NCBI GenBank assembly: GCA_043228905.1
Contig: JBHGNT010000006.1
Location: 18,848,001 to 18,912,000, forward strand
Reading direction: 5' to 3'
DNA length: 64,000 nucleotides
Source: Azolla caroliniana
Taxonomy: Eukaryota > Plantae > Polypodiophyta
The notes under the pieces: model-generated
The model's database searches: none
What the model saw: the letters and a program-made list of their open reading frames with translations, nothing else
Told to the model about the DNA's origin: nothing
Shown: positions 26,245 through 39,600 of the stretch, piece by piece
How positions within the stretch are numbered: position 1 is the stretch's first letter
Layout: each line of letters opens with the position of its first letter
Program-made: the position numbers and the translations under genes

Positions 26245-29200
26245 CACACCTATTCCGCTTCACAAGAATCCATCTCTTGATTCTTTACATGGTATCAGAG
26301 AGATTTGGTAGCTCAATCTAGCCCATTCGCCTCATCGTGATCGTGTGTTGTGCTCCACGCCGACGACCAAGAACCGGCTAATCTCTATCGTAGCTTCGCT
26401 ACATAGCTCGCATTCGAAGAGAGAAGAAGAAGAAGAAGAATCAACATAATGAATACTCAAATGAGGAGCGCTCTCCCTACCGAGAAGTTGGATCGAAACA
26501 ACTTCGCATCTTGGGAGTACAAGATGCACCAATACCTTGTCGGACAAGGCTAATGGAGCTACATCAAAGGAGCACATGAAGACCGACCCGCCGAAGCGGC
26601 TCCCGGATACGCGACATGGGAGCAAGCCGCAAGCCGCAAGCCACGTGATGTATTGCTTGGCGACATGTGTTCATGACCACATGCTCGGTTACATTCGAGA
26701 AGCCAAGACGCCGAAGGAAGCGTGGGAAAATCTACGAAAGATTTTCGCCGCCAACACGACCGCGAGGAAGCTTCAACTCCGCCAAGAGTTGAACAACATT
26801 CAACAAAGGGACATATCCATCACGACATACACCTTGAAGATCAAGGAGCTTTGCGACTCGCTTGGCTCAATAAGCAAAAGTATAGATGATGATGAGATGG
26901 TGCAAATATGCCTCGGCGGTCTCGCACCACGGTTCGGAGAGATGCGAACCGCCGTTTTAGCACGGGAGAAATATCCCTCCTTCTTTGAGCTCCAATCAAT
27001 GCTATTGGTCGAAGAAAACCACGTGCGTACAAGGAGCAATGAGCCGGAAGGCCACATGCTCTACACGCACTCTAACGGAGGAAGAGGACGCGGACGAGCG
27101 AGAGGCCGATTCGGCCAAGGACAAGGCGGACGAGGTCCGACCTACGACAACAACTCCCAATTTCGGCCACAAAACGGAAGCCAACGAGGCACCTTCGCAA
27201 GAAGGGGGAGCTTCCACTCCAGCCCGAGCCATCAAAACGCAACCGAATGCGGATATTGCGGAAAGCTCGGCCACCACGAAGAAGAGTGCTGAAAGAAGAT
27301 GCGTGAATCGGCTTCCACAAGCCGACAACTCACGAATTACGCACACAATTTCGACTACGAAGTGTATAGCGAAATGTACGGGCACAACTCGGAGTACGAA
27401 GATTGTGGCGGAATGTATGCACACAACTCCGACCGTGGTGGAATGTTCATGATGAAACATAGAGAAAACTCTATGTCGGCCTCTACCTCAACTAGTTCCT
27501 TTGGTCTGGAAGACGTATGGTTCGTCGATTCCGGTGCCTCGAACCATATGACATCGCATCAAGAATGGTTCTGAGAACTTCGAGAGCTGGACCGACACGG
27601 CTATGTCGAAACTGGAGACGACACTACGCACCCGATTCGGCACATCGGCAATGTTCCATTGGGAAAAGAAGGTAAGAAAAATTACATTAAAAATATCTTG
27701 CATGTACCAACAATTACAAAGAATTTGGTCTCCGTCGGCCAAATTGTAGAGCAAGGGATGCAAGTTCGATTTAATTAAGGCGGTTGCTTCATTGAAAAAG
27801 AGGGCCGACTCATCGCACGCAGACGAAGAGAGGGCCGGATGTTCATTCTCGATTCACACGAGATGAAATCTGCCATGTTCGCGAAAGGCACGAAAGCCGA
27901 CTCCAACATAGAGGTATGGCACAAGCGAATCGGCCACATCAATCTCAACAAACTGAAAGCAATGAAATCGAAAGGAGTCGTCATTGAACTCCCGACATTC
28001 AAAGAAAAGGAGATTGAAGGTGTATGCGAAGCATGCCAATTCGGCAAGCAACACGGACACCCATTCCCGAAAGAGCGGAACGTGAGCAAAGGTCTACTCG
28101 ACGTAGTCCATTCCGACGTATGGGAACCGGCGCAAATGGCTACATTCGGCAGATGCCAATATTACGTGCTCTTCATCGACGACTTGTCTAGGCACACTTG
28201 GATCTACCCGATGCGGCAAAAGAGCGAAGTGTTCGGACACTTCCAAAAATTCAAGAATGAAGTTGAGAAATATGATGTATGATGCCTTCGATCGGATGGC
28301 GGCAAGGAGTACTTGTCCGACAATTTCACGGCGTATCTCCGAAAGGAAGGAATTCGGCGAGAATTCACGTGCCGACACACTCCGCAACAAAATGGAGTAG
28401 CCGAGCGCAAAAATTGGCACATCCTCGAAGTAGCGCGGGCCATGATGAACGAGAAGCATATGCCCAAGTCATATTGGGCCGAAGCTGCAAATACGGCCGT
28501 CTACCTAATGAACCGATGCACAACATCCGGCGTGCATGAACTTACTCCGCACGAGAAGTTCTTCGGAAAGAAGCCGGACCTATCACATGTTCGGATATTC
28601 GGCTCCATTGCGTACGTGCACATCCCCGATAAGAAGCGTCAAAAGCTTGACCCGAAGTCGGAGAAATGTATCCTCGTAGGATACTCATTGGGGCAAAAGG
28701 GGTACAAGTGCTACAACCCCTCAACTCGAAAATCTCGAGTAAGTCGAGACGTCGTGTTTGATGAGTCCGCATCCTGGTACGCACCAGAGACAACTCCGAC
28801 TCCGACTCCGCTCGACCCGGAATCCGTCGAACCAGCGATAGAGGATGAAGATCGCCTTACGCGCATGTTCGAAGAAAGTCCGATCACGACTCGACTGAGC
28901 AGACCACAAGAGCCTTTGAGCGATCAAAGCACATCACGGCCTAGCCCGAAGATGGACAAAGGCAAGGCAAAAATGGTGGAATACGAAGACGATCGCTTCG
29001 ATGACAATGAGTCGACTCACTCACTGGACAGTGAGTTCGGCGGCTTCGATGTTCCAATCGGAGCTAAGAAAACCCTCATCTCTGCAAATGAAAAGCTCCG
29101 TCGCTCCACCCGTGAAAAGAATCCGGTCAGCCGATTCGGCTACAACGACTACATGGCATATCATTATGCCTTTATGATGAAGGTGGCGACAGTACGCGAG

Positions 29201-32200
29201 CCAGAAACATTCTCCGAAGCAGCCAAGGACCCGCGATGGATCGAAGCAATGAATGAGGAGATGCAGGCACTACGGAAGAACGAGACGTGGGATCTCATTT
29301 CCACCTCACCACACAAAAAGGCGACCGGATGCAGATGGATCTAGAAGGTGAAGTATAATGCCGATGCTCCGTAAACCACTACAAAGCTCGACTCGTAGCG
29401 AAAGGATACACTCAGACGCATGGTGTCGACTACGAAGAGAACTTTGCCCCGGTGGCAAAGATGACGATGGTGCAGACCGTAATTGCGCTTGCCGCGGGGA
29501 AAGGGTGGCACCTCCATCAAATGGACGTCAAGAACGCCTTTCTACAAGCAGAATTAGAAGAGGAGGTGTACATGATACAACCACCCTTCTTCAACTCAAG
29601 CACCCATCCAAAAGTTGTATACCGACTCAAGAAGCCACTCTACGGCCTCAAGCAAGCACCGCATGCTTGGCATTCGAAGATAACGCAATATCTTCATCAA
29701 ATCAGATTCTGTATATCAAAATCAAACAACTCCCTCTACATACGAAGCGATTCCGCAAGTCCGATCGTCATCATCTTATATGTGGATGACCTAGTCATTG
29801 GAGGTGAGCATCTCGTTGAAATCAATAAGGTCAAATCTCTCCTTTCCGACAAGTTCGAGATAATGGACATGAAGAAACTCCACTACTTCCTTGGCATCGA
29901 GGTAATTCGAACTCCGGCCGGTATCATGATCTCTCAACGGCACTACATCCTCAACTTGTTATACAAGTTCGGAATGGTTGAGTGCAAATCTGTGGCAACT
30001 CCGCTCGATCGCATTCTCAAACTCGATGCGAACTCTAGCACCAAATACGGCCGTCTACCTAATGAACCGGTGCACAACATCCGGCATGCACGAGGTCACT
30101 CCGCATGAGAAATACTTCAGAAAGACGTTGGACTTATCGCACACCCAGATATTCGGCGTGATAGCGTACGTGCACATCCCCGACGAGAAGCGTCAAAAGC
30201 TTGACCCGAAGTCGGAGAAATGTATCCTCGTAGGATACTCACTGGAGCAAAAGGGGTACAAGTGCTCAAACCCCGCAACTTGAAAATCTCGAGTAAGTTG
30301 AGACGTCGTGTTTGACGAGTCCGCATCCTGGTACGCACCAGAGACAACTTCGACTCCGACTCCGCTCGACCCGGAAGCCGCCGAACAAGAGATAGAGGAT
30401 GAAGATTGCTTTACACACATGTTCGAAGAAAGTCCGATCACGACTCGACTGAGCAGACCACAAGAGCCTTTGAGCAATCAAAGCACATCACGGCCTAGCC
30501 TAAAGATGGACAAAGGGAAGGCGAAAATGTCGGAATATGAAGACGATCGCTTCGACGACGATGAGTCGACTCACTCACTAGACAGTGAGTTCGGCGGCTT
30601 CTAAGTACCAATCAGAGCTAAGAAAGCCCTCATCTCTGCAAATGAAAAGCTCCATCGCTCCACCCGTGAAAAGAATCTGGTCAGCTGATTCGGTTACAAC
30701 GACTACATGGCATATCACTATGCCTTTATGATGAAGGTGGCGACAGTACGCGAGCCGGAAAGATTTTCCGAAGCAGCCAAGGATCCGTGATGGATCGAAT
30801 CCATGAACGAGGAGATGCAAGCACTATGCAAGAACGAGACATGGGATCTCGTTCCCATCTCACCACACAAAAAGGCGATCGGATGCAGATGGATTTACAA
30901 AGTGAAGTACAACGTCGATGGTTCCGTCAACCGCTACAAAGCGCGACTTGGAGCGAAAGGCTATGCACAAACGCACAACGTTGACTACGAAGAGACCTTT
31001 GCCCCGGTGGCAAAGATGACGATGGTACGGACCGTAATTGTGCTCGCCGCGGTGAAAGGGTGGCACCTCCATCAAATGGACGTCAAGAATTCCTTTCTAC
31101 AAGGAGAATTAGAAGAGGAGGTGTACATGATACAACCACCCGGCTTCAACTTGAGCACCCATCCGAAAGCTATATGCCAACTCAAGAAGCCACTGTACAG
31201 CCTCAAGTAAGCACCGCATGCTTGGCATTCGAAGATAACGCAATATCTTCATCAAATCAGCTTTCGTATGTCAAAATCAGACAACTCCCTCTACATACGA
31301 AGCGATTCCGCAAGTCCGATCGTCATCATCTTATATGTGGATGACCTAGTCATTGGAGGTGAGCATCTCGTCGAAATCAATAAAGTCAAATCCCTCCTTT
31401 CTGACAAGTTCGAGATGATGGACATGAAGCAGCTCCACTACTTCCTCGGCATCGAGGTAATTCGGACTCCGGCCGGAATCATGATCTCTCAACGGCACTA
31501 CATCCTCAATTTGTTATAAAAGTTCGGCATGGCTGAGTGCCAATCCGCGGCAACCTCGCTCAATCGCAATCTCAAACTAGATGCGAACTCTGGCACCAAA
31601 GCGTGTGAGCCGACTCAGTATCGGCAACTCATTGGGAGTCTCATCTACCTCACGATCACACGACCCGATCTCAATTATCCGGTCGGTCTCCTTAGCCAAT
31701 TCATGTAGACACCGCGTGATACTCACTTGGATTGCGCTAAGCGAGTTCTATGATATGTGAGCGGCACAATGGATTGCGCATCCTCTACAAGACGGTGATG
31801 CCAATACAACTTGAGGGGTACACAAACGCCGATTGGGCCGCTACAAAGCCGATAGAAGATCAACCTCCGGATTTGTTTTTTCCCTCGGCAACGGAGCAAT
31901 ATCCTGGAGCAGCAAAAAGCAACCAACCGTCGCTCTTTTGAGCACAGAGGCAGAATACAGGGGCGTGACAATGGCCGCATGTGAGGCCGTATGGCTCAAA
32001 AGGATAGTCAAGGATCCAACTTCCCTTTACTCAGACAACGTGAGCAGTATCTATCTGGCTCGGAACCCGGTGTTCCATGCGCAGAATACAGGGGCGTGAC
32101 AATGGCCGCATGTGAGGCCGTATGGCTCAAAAGGATAGTCAAGGATCTGGGCGTACCCATCAAGGATCCAACTTCCCTTTACTCAGACAACATGAGCAGT

Positions 32201-32981
32201 ATCTATCTAGCTCGGAACCCGGTGTTCCATGCGCGGACAAAGCACATCAAAGTGCACTATCACTTCATCCGAGAGCGCGTTCTAGCTGGCGATGTCGACC
32301 TACAACACATTAGCACAAATCTTCAAATGGCCGACATCTTCACTAAAGCCCTAGGAGCTGACAAGCTATGGCAACTCATGACCGATCTCGGATTGATGAT
32401 CCCTGACCTGCCAAGCTTGAGGGGGAGTATTGAAGACACTACAAAATAACGTGTGGATTTCGCAACTGCGCAATGAAGCCGCGAAGATCTGATCTACCGC
32501 GCAAAGCCGTGAAGAAAGACGCAAGCCGAAGCACAGACTTCGCAACTACGCACAACGCAAGCTGGAGCACGGATTCCGCAACTCCGCATAAATGCGAGTC
32601 GACGCGGACTCCGGAATGCCAGTCGAAGCGGATTTCGGATATCGTATGAAACCGACCCGACTTGAGCTTGAGGGGGCGTGTTGAGAATCAAGCTCAACTT
32701 GTTCTAGTGTGTGAACTCACCTTGAGAGTGAATAGACACTCCAACAGTCAAGAGTCACCATTATGTCACCACTTTGTATTCTAGCATTTAGTATGAGTCA
32801 TAGAATCATATTCTATGACACATAACTTATGAGCTTTCACATTCCCCATGCTCCATGAGTCTTGTAGTTAATGAAGAGAGAGGGTGACTATATAAAGCAC
32901 CCTCCTCCCACCTTGTATAACGTTGAGTCTTTCTACTTTGTTAATATACTTTACCTTGCGTATTCTCTGTGTCTTACTCCT

Positions 32982-33016
<35 letters not shown>

Positions 33017-33070
33017 CACACATAGCTCATATCTATTCCGCTACACAAGAATCATACCCGATTCTTTACA
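24188..33070 (+). mobile_element. Chimeric Ty1/copia with three LTRs, two gag copies and a duplicated INT-RT segment
   Basis: LTRs 24188-24595, 25872-26289 and 32679-33070; Met PBS at 24596 and 26290; PPT before 32679; TSD ATATA/ATATC; RT motifs QMDVKNAFL and LYVDD, RNase H motif ARTKHI. Confidence 0.95.
31950..32231 (+). repeat. Tandem duplication of about 130-150 bp in the copia RNase H
   Basis: AEYRGVTMAACEAVWLKRIVKD...NPVFHA appears twice; the first copy lacks 21 bp between two CAAGGATC repeats. Confidence 0.9.
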
Positions 33071-33630
33071 ATATCCTTAATCTTCCTAACATTTGTGCGC
33101 AAGAATTATAAAAGTTCCTTCAACTCCCCTTCACCTTAGTCCCTGTGACTTCGTTGCACGAACCACAACTACCCCGACACCGCGAAGACGAACATTGCTT
33201 CCTTGCGTTCTTCCTCACGCAATTGATGTAGTGAAATGGTTGCAATCCTATGAGTAGATCATCGGGTTTGTCGATACTGGATTTCTATTGTTCTCCGATC
33301 TATGTTTGGGTTATGTAATTCAAACCATGGTAATCCCAAAACAATGGGATGTTTTGGGCTACTAATTATATTAAATGATACTACACACGCTAAATTATCT
33401 AGGACAATATTAACTAGCTCTGACTCTTCTATGATATTTCCAAAAGCAATGAGACGACCATCAATGACTATTACGGAGGCTGGACAGGAGAGTTTTCTTA
33501 GGGATATCTGATGAGCTTGGGCAAAATTCCTATCCATGAAGCAAGAATTAGCTCCAGAATCTAGGAGTGCTAAGAAATGTATTGGAGGGGTACTTTTAGT
33601 ACTAACTGTTACTTGAGCTAAGAACACATT

Positions 33631-36600
33631 TGTTCTGTACACATAACGTTGGTGAGGGTAGGTCACTAATATTTACATTAGTGAAGGGTATGTTCACTAT
33701 TATTAAAAAGGGGACTAATGATTGGATAGAATGAATGATATGTGCATGCACTATCATGATTTAGACAACCAATGAATAGAGAGCCTTTTAGAAAGGCACA
33801 TCTATTCAAGGGGCCTAGGAAAAGGTATAAATATGAGGCTTAGCTACCCTCATAGAAATCATCACGTCGGAAGGCTTCTATCCAATCTATTTTCTTCCTT
33901 TTTACTTGATTTGGTCTATTGATTAGTAATAGACTCTTAACAGTGGTATCAGAGCTTTTACTAACAATTTTTTTGTTGTTTTGATGTTTTTTGCGTGTGA
34001 GCGAGGGGGATCTAACAAGGCTCGTCATGCTCTTCTCAGGATCAAAACAACACTCTAAACCCGGTATTCTTCTTTTTTGATCTCTTCTCTTTTTCTATTA
34101 TGCGTTCTTTATGGTCGAATCGAATTGGTATTACGTTTTATTCTCTTTCTTTCTACCTCCTACTACGCTACGATTTTACTTATTATTATGCATCGGGCCG
34201 AGCGTGTTTGCACTAATCGCACACGCTCAACTCATGGCCTTTTGCATATTGCAATATATATCCCACTCTCTCCTCTCTGGAACTCTTACGATAATAATTA
34301 TTCTTGTGCATTGGGTCGAGCGTGTTTGCTCTAATCGCACACGCTTATCTCATGGCCGTTTTGCATATGATGTTGAGTATACCACTCTTCCCCTCTATTG
34401 AGCCATCACTTGGCCGATTCTAAGGGATGATGTGGCCTTGACGAGGTATATGTCACTTACCTATGCCACTTTCCTCTTTAATTAGCCATTACTTGGCCGA
34501 TTCTAGGGATATGTGGTGGTCTTGAGGAGGTGCATGTCAACTACCCTAGGGTTTCGTATCTTAGGGCATGTTTGATTCCATACACCTAATTGTTGATTAT
34601 TCTAATTAAATCTTAATTTCATAAGTATTGTTTCACTTATATGATTTTCTAGTAATTATTATTTACCCGCCCACAATTAACTCTCCTTTTTCCACTTACT
34701 TTTCATGTATAAAGTATTTACATCGTTTAATTTTAATGTAACCTTTACGTGTAGACTATTTTTTTCGTATGGAGTGGCTTGTTGAACGATTTTTTTTCAA
34801 CGGGTCATCTAGGTTTAACTCTTATCATCAAGCCTTAGAAAACGAGTAAAACCATATGAGTTCCCTTATTGATGTTTTACTCATGGATTTGAGTATTACA
34901 TCTTTGCGCACAACACCGTCATCACTTGTATCAATTTGTGGCTTATGTCACAATTGTGCAAGTTATAACAATCATATTGGGATGTATATGTGTATACCTT
35001 GCACTTCCCATTTATTTGTGACATTGTTTTTTTCGTAGGTAACACATGGGTTCTTTTTTTTTTACCCTTGTTTTCGTCACTACTTAACTCTTATGAGTAG
35101 TGCCTTATTTTATCATTTTATCATCACGTTTGCTTATTGCTCGCAAGACTAGAATATTACTTGTGAGTGCACTTGTTTTTTCACGTAATACACTTTCTCG
35201 ACCATATAATACATGATGGGTTGGCATTAATATAAGGCTATCTAGGAAATTTCATTGATGTAAGAACCATGGTTGAGCCTCGGGGAGCCGCCATGATTAC
35301 TCAAGATAGAGATCCGAGAAATACATCTTAGCTATGTTTTCCCCCATGGTTTTTAAAACACCATAGTGTTACCATAGTTATCGGATCTCGAATCACATCT
35401 CATATGTCTAGAGGGGTAAAGACATGAGATACTTTCTTGGATAAAGTTCTTTCAATCAAAATTTCAAGCATTCATTTTGCTTGTGTATTTTCTGAACCTC
35501 CTTATTTTATTGCATACCCACAGCGTGCATCATGGAACAAGTTTTGAACGCAGTTGGAACGATCTCTCCAAATGAGACCTCTCAACCCCAATCCGCATCT
35601 CGCACACAAGCTGAGATCACTATTGAGCAATTGCTCACTACTACCTTGAATCAATTGGCCGAAATGAGACAGGCCAATATGGCATTGGAAAAGAAATTCC
35701 AAGAATTAACTATTGAGTCCAAGAAAGAAGGTGAACCTTCCTTCGTAGTCACGCCTTTCAAGGGAGATAAGAAAGAAAGAACCGAGGAGGCCATTAGCAC
35801 TTGGCTTGGTCGTTGGGAGTCTCACTTTGAGCTTCATCCCAAGCCCGATGCAGTAAAAATTGGTTATGTCGGTCGTGAGTTAGGTGGCCGGGCTGCTGCT
35901 TGGTGGCGTGGCCTAAGGACCGCAAAAAACTTACCCACAACTTGGGAAGGTTTCGTTGATGTTTTTAAGAAACAATTCTTGCAGCCACCTTCTCAAACCG
36001 AACAAGCGCAACACTTGCTCACATTGTCTAGTAAGCCATTTACCTCTCTCGAGGATTATGTGCATCACGCTCGGACCCAGATCAAAAAATCGGGACTTAC
36101 GGGTGAGAAATGGTTTGTCGCTTGTTTTTTGAATGGTATTCCCAATGGGGATTATCATTGGATTGTCCATGACAAGGACCCCACAACTTTCGAGGAAGCC
36201 GTCAACATTGTGTTGCGATACCATAGGACTTCCCAGAAAGACCACAATAAACCTGAGTTCGCCAAAACTCCGAATGTCAAGTTCATTGGGAAACGTAAGC
36301 AATCCAGTGACACTCTTGACTGCGACTCAAAGAAACCGAACCTCTTCTGTGCATATTGCAAGAAGCGGGGCCACACAAAGGATACCTGTCGTCGTCTTGA
36401 GAGGAAGTCAATGAACACCCCTCCTCAAGACAAATCTACGAGTCACACAGGTGAGTCTTTTGATATTGTTGAAGTTCATACCAATCACTTAAGTTTATGT
36501 GAATGCACTTTTCCTTCACATTTACTTGGACCTAATGATTTACTCCGAGCAGTCGGATATATCAATGGAACACAAGCACATTTCTTGTTTGATTCCGGTA

Positions 36601-39600
36601 GTTCTCACAATTTTCTTAATGATCACTTTGTGCAACAAATGGAGCTCCACATAAACGCAAGTGATCATATCTATCAAGTTCACATGGCAAATGGAAACGT
36701 TCAATACATCAGTGGCATTGTTTGTCAACTGCCAATTCAAATAGATACTTATTTGGAGAAGCTTGACTTTCATGTTATGAAATTACAATCCGCAGATGTC
36801 ATTTTAGGATATCCTTGTTTTTTTAATAAAAACCCTTCTTTGTCCATTGATTGGGTTAATCACTCAATCACATTTGAACTTAATAATTGTAAACATTTTA
36901 TTCAATGTTCCAAACTTCCTTCTCATTCACTTGTGTCTTCTAAATCTTTAAGTGAGTATTCTAGTTCATTAATTTATTCGTGTGTAATTGATCCTGCGGT
37001 TCAATTTTATTATTTTAATATTAACGCCACACAATTACCACATTTTGAGCAACGATTACTTGACTCTATTTTAGAGGATTTTCAAGATGTGTTTCCTACT
37101 GAATTACCGCTTACTTTACCACCTAAACGTAATGTGGACCATCAAATTGAACTCATCCCTGGGGCTGCTCCTGTGAGCATTCCACCTTACCGACTTAGTC
37201 GATTAGAAGAGGATGAGATCGCTAAACAACTTAAGGAATACTTGAGTATGGGCCACATTAGGTATAGTAAATCACCTTGGGGTGCGCCAGTTCTATTAGT
37301 CAAGAAGAAGGAAGGTTCGTGGCGAATGTGTATCAATTATCGCCGTTTGAATAAAATAACAATTAAGAATGCATATCCATTACCTCGTGCCGATGATTTG
37401 ATTGATCATTTGCACGGGGCTCGATATTTTACGAAAATTGACTTACGAACTGGTTATCATCAGATTCGCATCGCCGAGGATGATATTCCTAAAACCGCTT
37501 TTCGTACGCGCTATGGCCATTATGAGTTTTTAGTCATGCCATTTGGGTTGACTAATGCTCCAGCCACATTCCAACAAGCGATGAATGATGTTTTCCGAGA
37601 TCAAATCAGTGATTTTGTTGTCGTCTTCTTGGATGATATTTTGATATATAGCCGTACCTTGCAAGATCATGTTCAACATGTTCGATTTGTTTTGCGAAAG
37701 TTGCGTGACAACTCTTTCTATGCAAAACATTCAAAATGTGACTTCTTCCAAAAATCTATTGTGTACCTAGGTCATTTAATTACAGAAAATGGCGTTGAAA
37801 TTGAACCTTCTTGTATTGAAAAGGTTAAACTTTGGCCCATTCCTTGTAATATTCGTGAACTTAGATCATTCTTAGGGTTTGTTGGATTTTTACGAAAATC
37901 AATTCGTAACTATTCCAAATTGACTACGCCATTAACTGACCTTTTAAAAGGTCATCCACGTAAGTCTGTCAAACCAATTTCATGGAATGAACAACTTGAC
38001 AAATCATTTGAGACACTCAAGGAGCATGTGTGTCAGGCTCCCACTCTTCTATTACCAGACCCTTCTAAGCCTTTCTCAATTGAAACCGATGCTAGTGATT
38101 ATGCTATTGGTGCCGTTCTTTATCAAGGTGGTCACCCTATTGCTTTTGAAAGTAAGAAGCTTGATGCTGCTCAATCTCGGTATTCGGTTCAAGAGAAAGA
38201 GTTGTTTGCGGTGATACACGCACTTAAAACATGGAGGCACTATCTCTATGGAAATAAATTTGTGGTTACAACAGACCATCAATCATTAAAGTATTTTTGT
38301 GACCAGCCCGATCTTGTTGGTCGTAAAGGCCGTTGGGCTGAACTTATGCAAGATTTTGATTTTTCCATACGCTATCGCAAGGGTTCTATGAACACCGTTG
38401 CTGATGCTCTTAGTCGCATTAAAGAAGTTAACATGCTTAGCTTCACGGAAATAAAATCTGATCTTTTAGATCACCTTCGAGGGAAATACCTTGATGACAG
38501 TTATTTCTCAAAATACTGGACGAAAGCCGAATCTGATTTAGATGCCGATACTAGCACCCTACCCTCGAAGGCGACCTTTCACATTACAAATGGTTTGCTC
38601 TACCATAGTGGAAAGGTCTGTGTTCCAGATTTACCAAATGTTAAACAGAAATTTTTTCATGAATGTCATGATGCACCATCTGCTGGTCATCCTGGAATAC
38701 AACGCACACTCGTTCTCATCTCGTGTACTTTTTTCTGGCCTAAGATGCGCTCTGACGTGCATAAATACGTAACTCAATGCTTACAATGTCAGATTAATAA
38801 GTCGGAACGACTTAAAGCTGCTGGTCTTTTACATCCCTTAGATATTCCCAACAATAAATGGGAAAGTATCTCGATGGATTTTATTGTTAGTTTACCTCGT
38901 ACACAGAGGGGTCATGATGCCATATGGGTTGTCGTTGACAGGCTAACAAAATTAGCTAGATTTATTCCTACAAAAACCACGGTAACCGCTCAACAGTTGG
39001 CTTATCAATTTGTTGATGAGTTATTTCGTTTTTATGGATTACCGATGGATATTGTTAGTGATCGAGATTCCAAGTTTATTAGTGACTTTTGGACTCAGGT
39101 CTTTAAGAAACTAGAAACTACGTTGAGCATGAGTTCCGCAGATCATCCTCAGTCTGATGGACAAACTGAACGAGTTAATCAAATTATTGAGGACATGCTT
39201 CGAGCTTATATAGCAAAAACCCCTTCTAAGTGGGAGCAATACCTTCCTATCTTAGAATTTGCCTATAATAGCTCTAAACATACATCCACTGGATATAGTC
39301 CTTTTATGTTGATGTATGGTTTTCAGCCACGTGCCCCAGTTGATGTCACGATTCATCGTGATACATTAGACAGTACACGCAATTTTTTGCAAGACATGAA
39401 CCAAATGTTGCATATTGCCAAAGAAAATGTCAAGACAGCTCAAGATCGTGCTCGATTTTATGCTGATCAGGATAGACGTCCTCGTGCATTTACTATTGGT
39501 CAAAAAGTTTTTTTGCGTGTCCCGACTGATTCTACGTCATTATCTACGGGCAAGTGCGCTAAGTTAGCCCCACGATATTGTGGCCCATTTGAAATCCTTA

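Larger units (their letters stand above)
23514..33178 (+). mobile_element. Solo LTR of a further gypsy-like family (23514-24187 plus 33071-33178), split by a copia
   Basis: TGTCG...CGAC(A) ends; TSD ACCGT/ACCGC; removing it restores the G1 frame AMFVFAVSVKPS; TATAAAAG at 23821. Confidence 0.78.
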
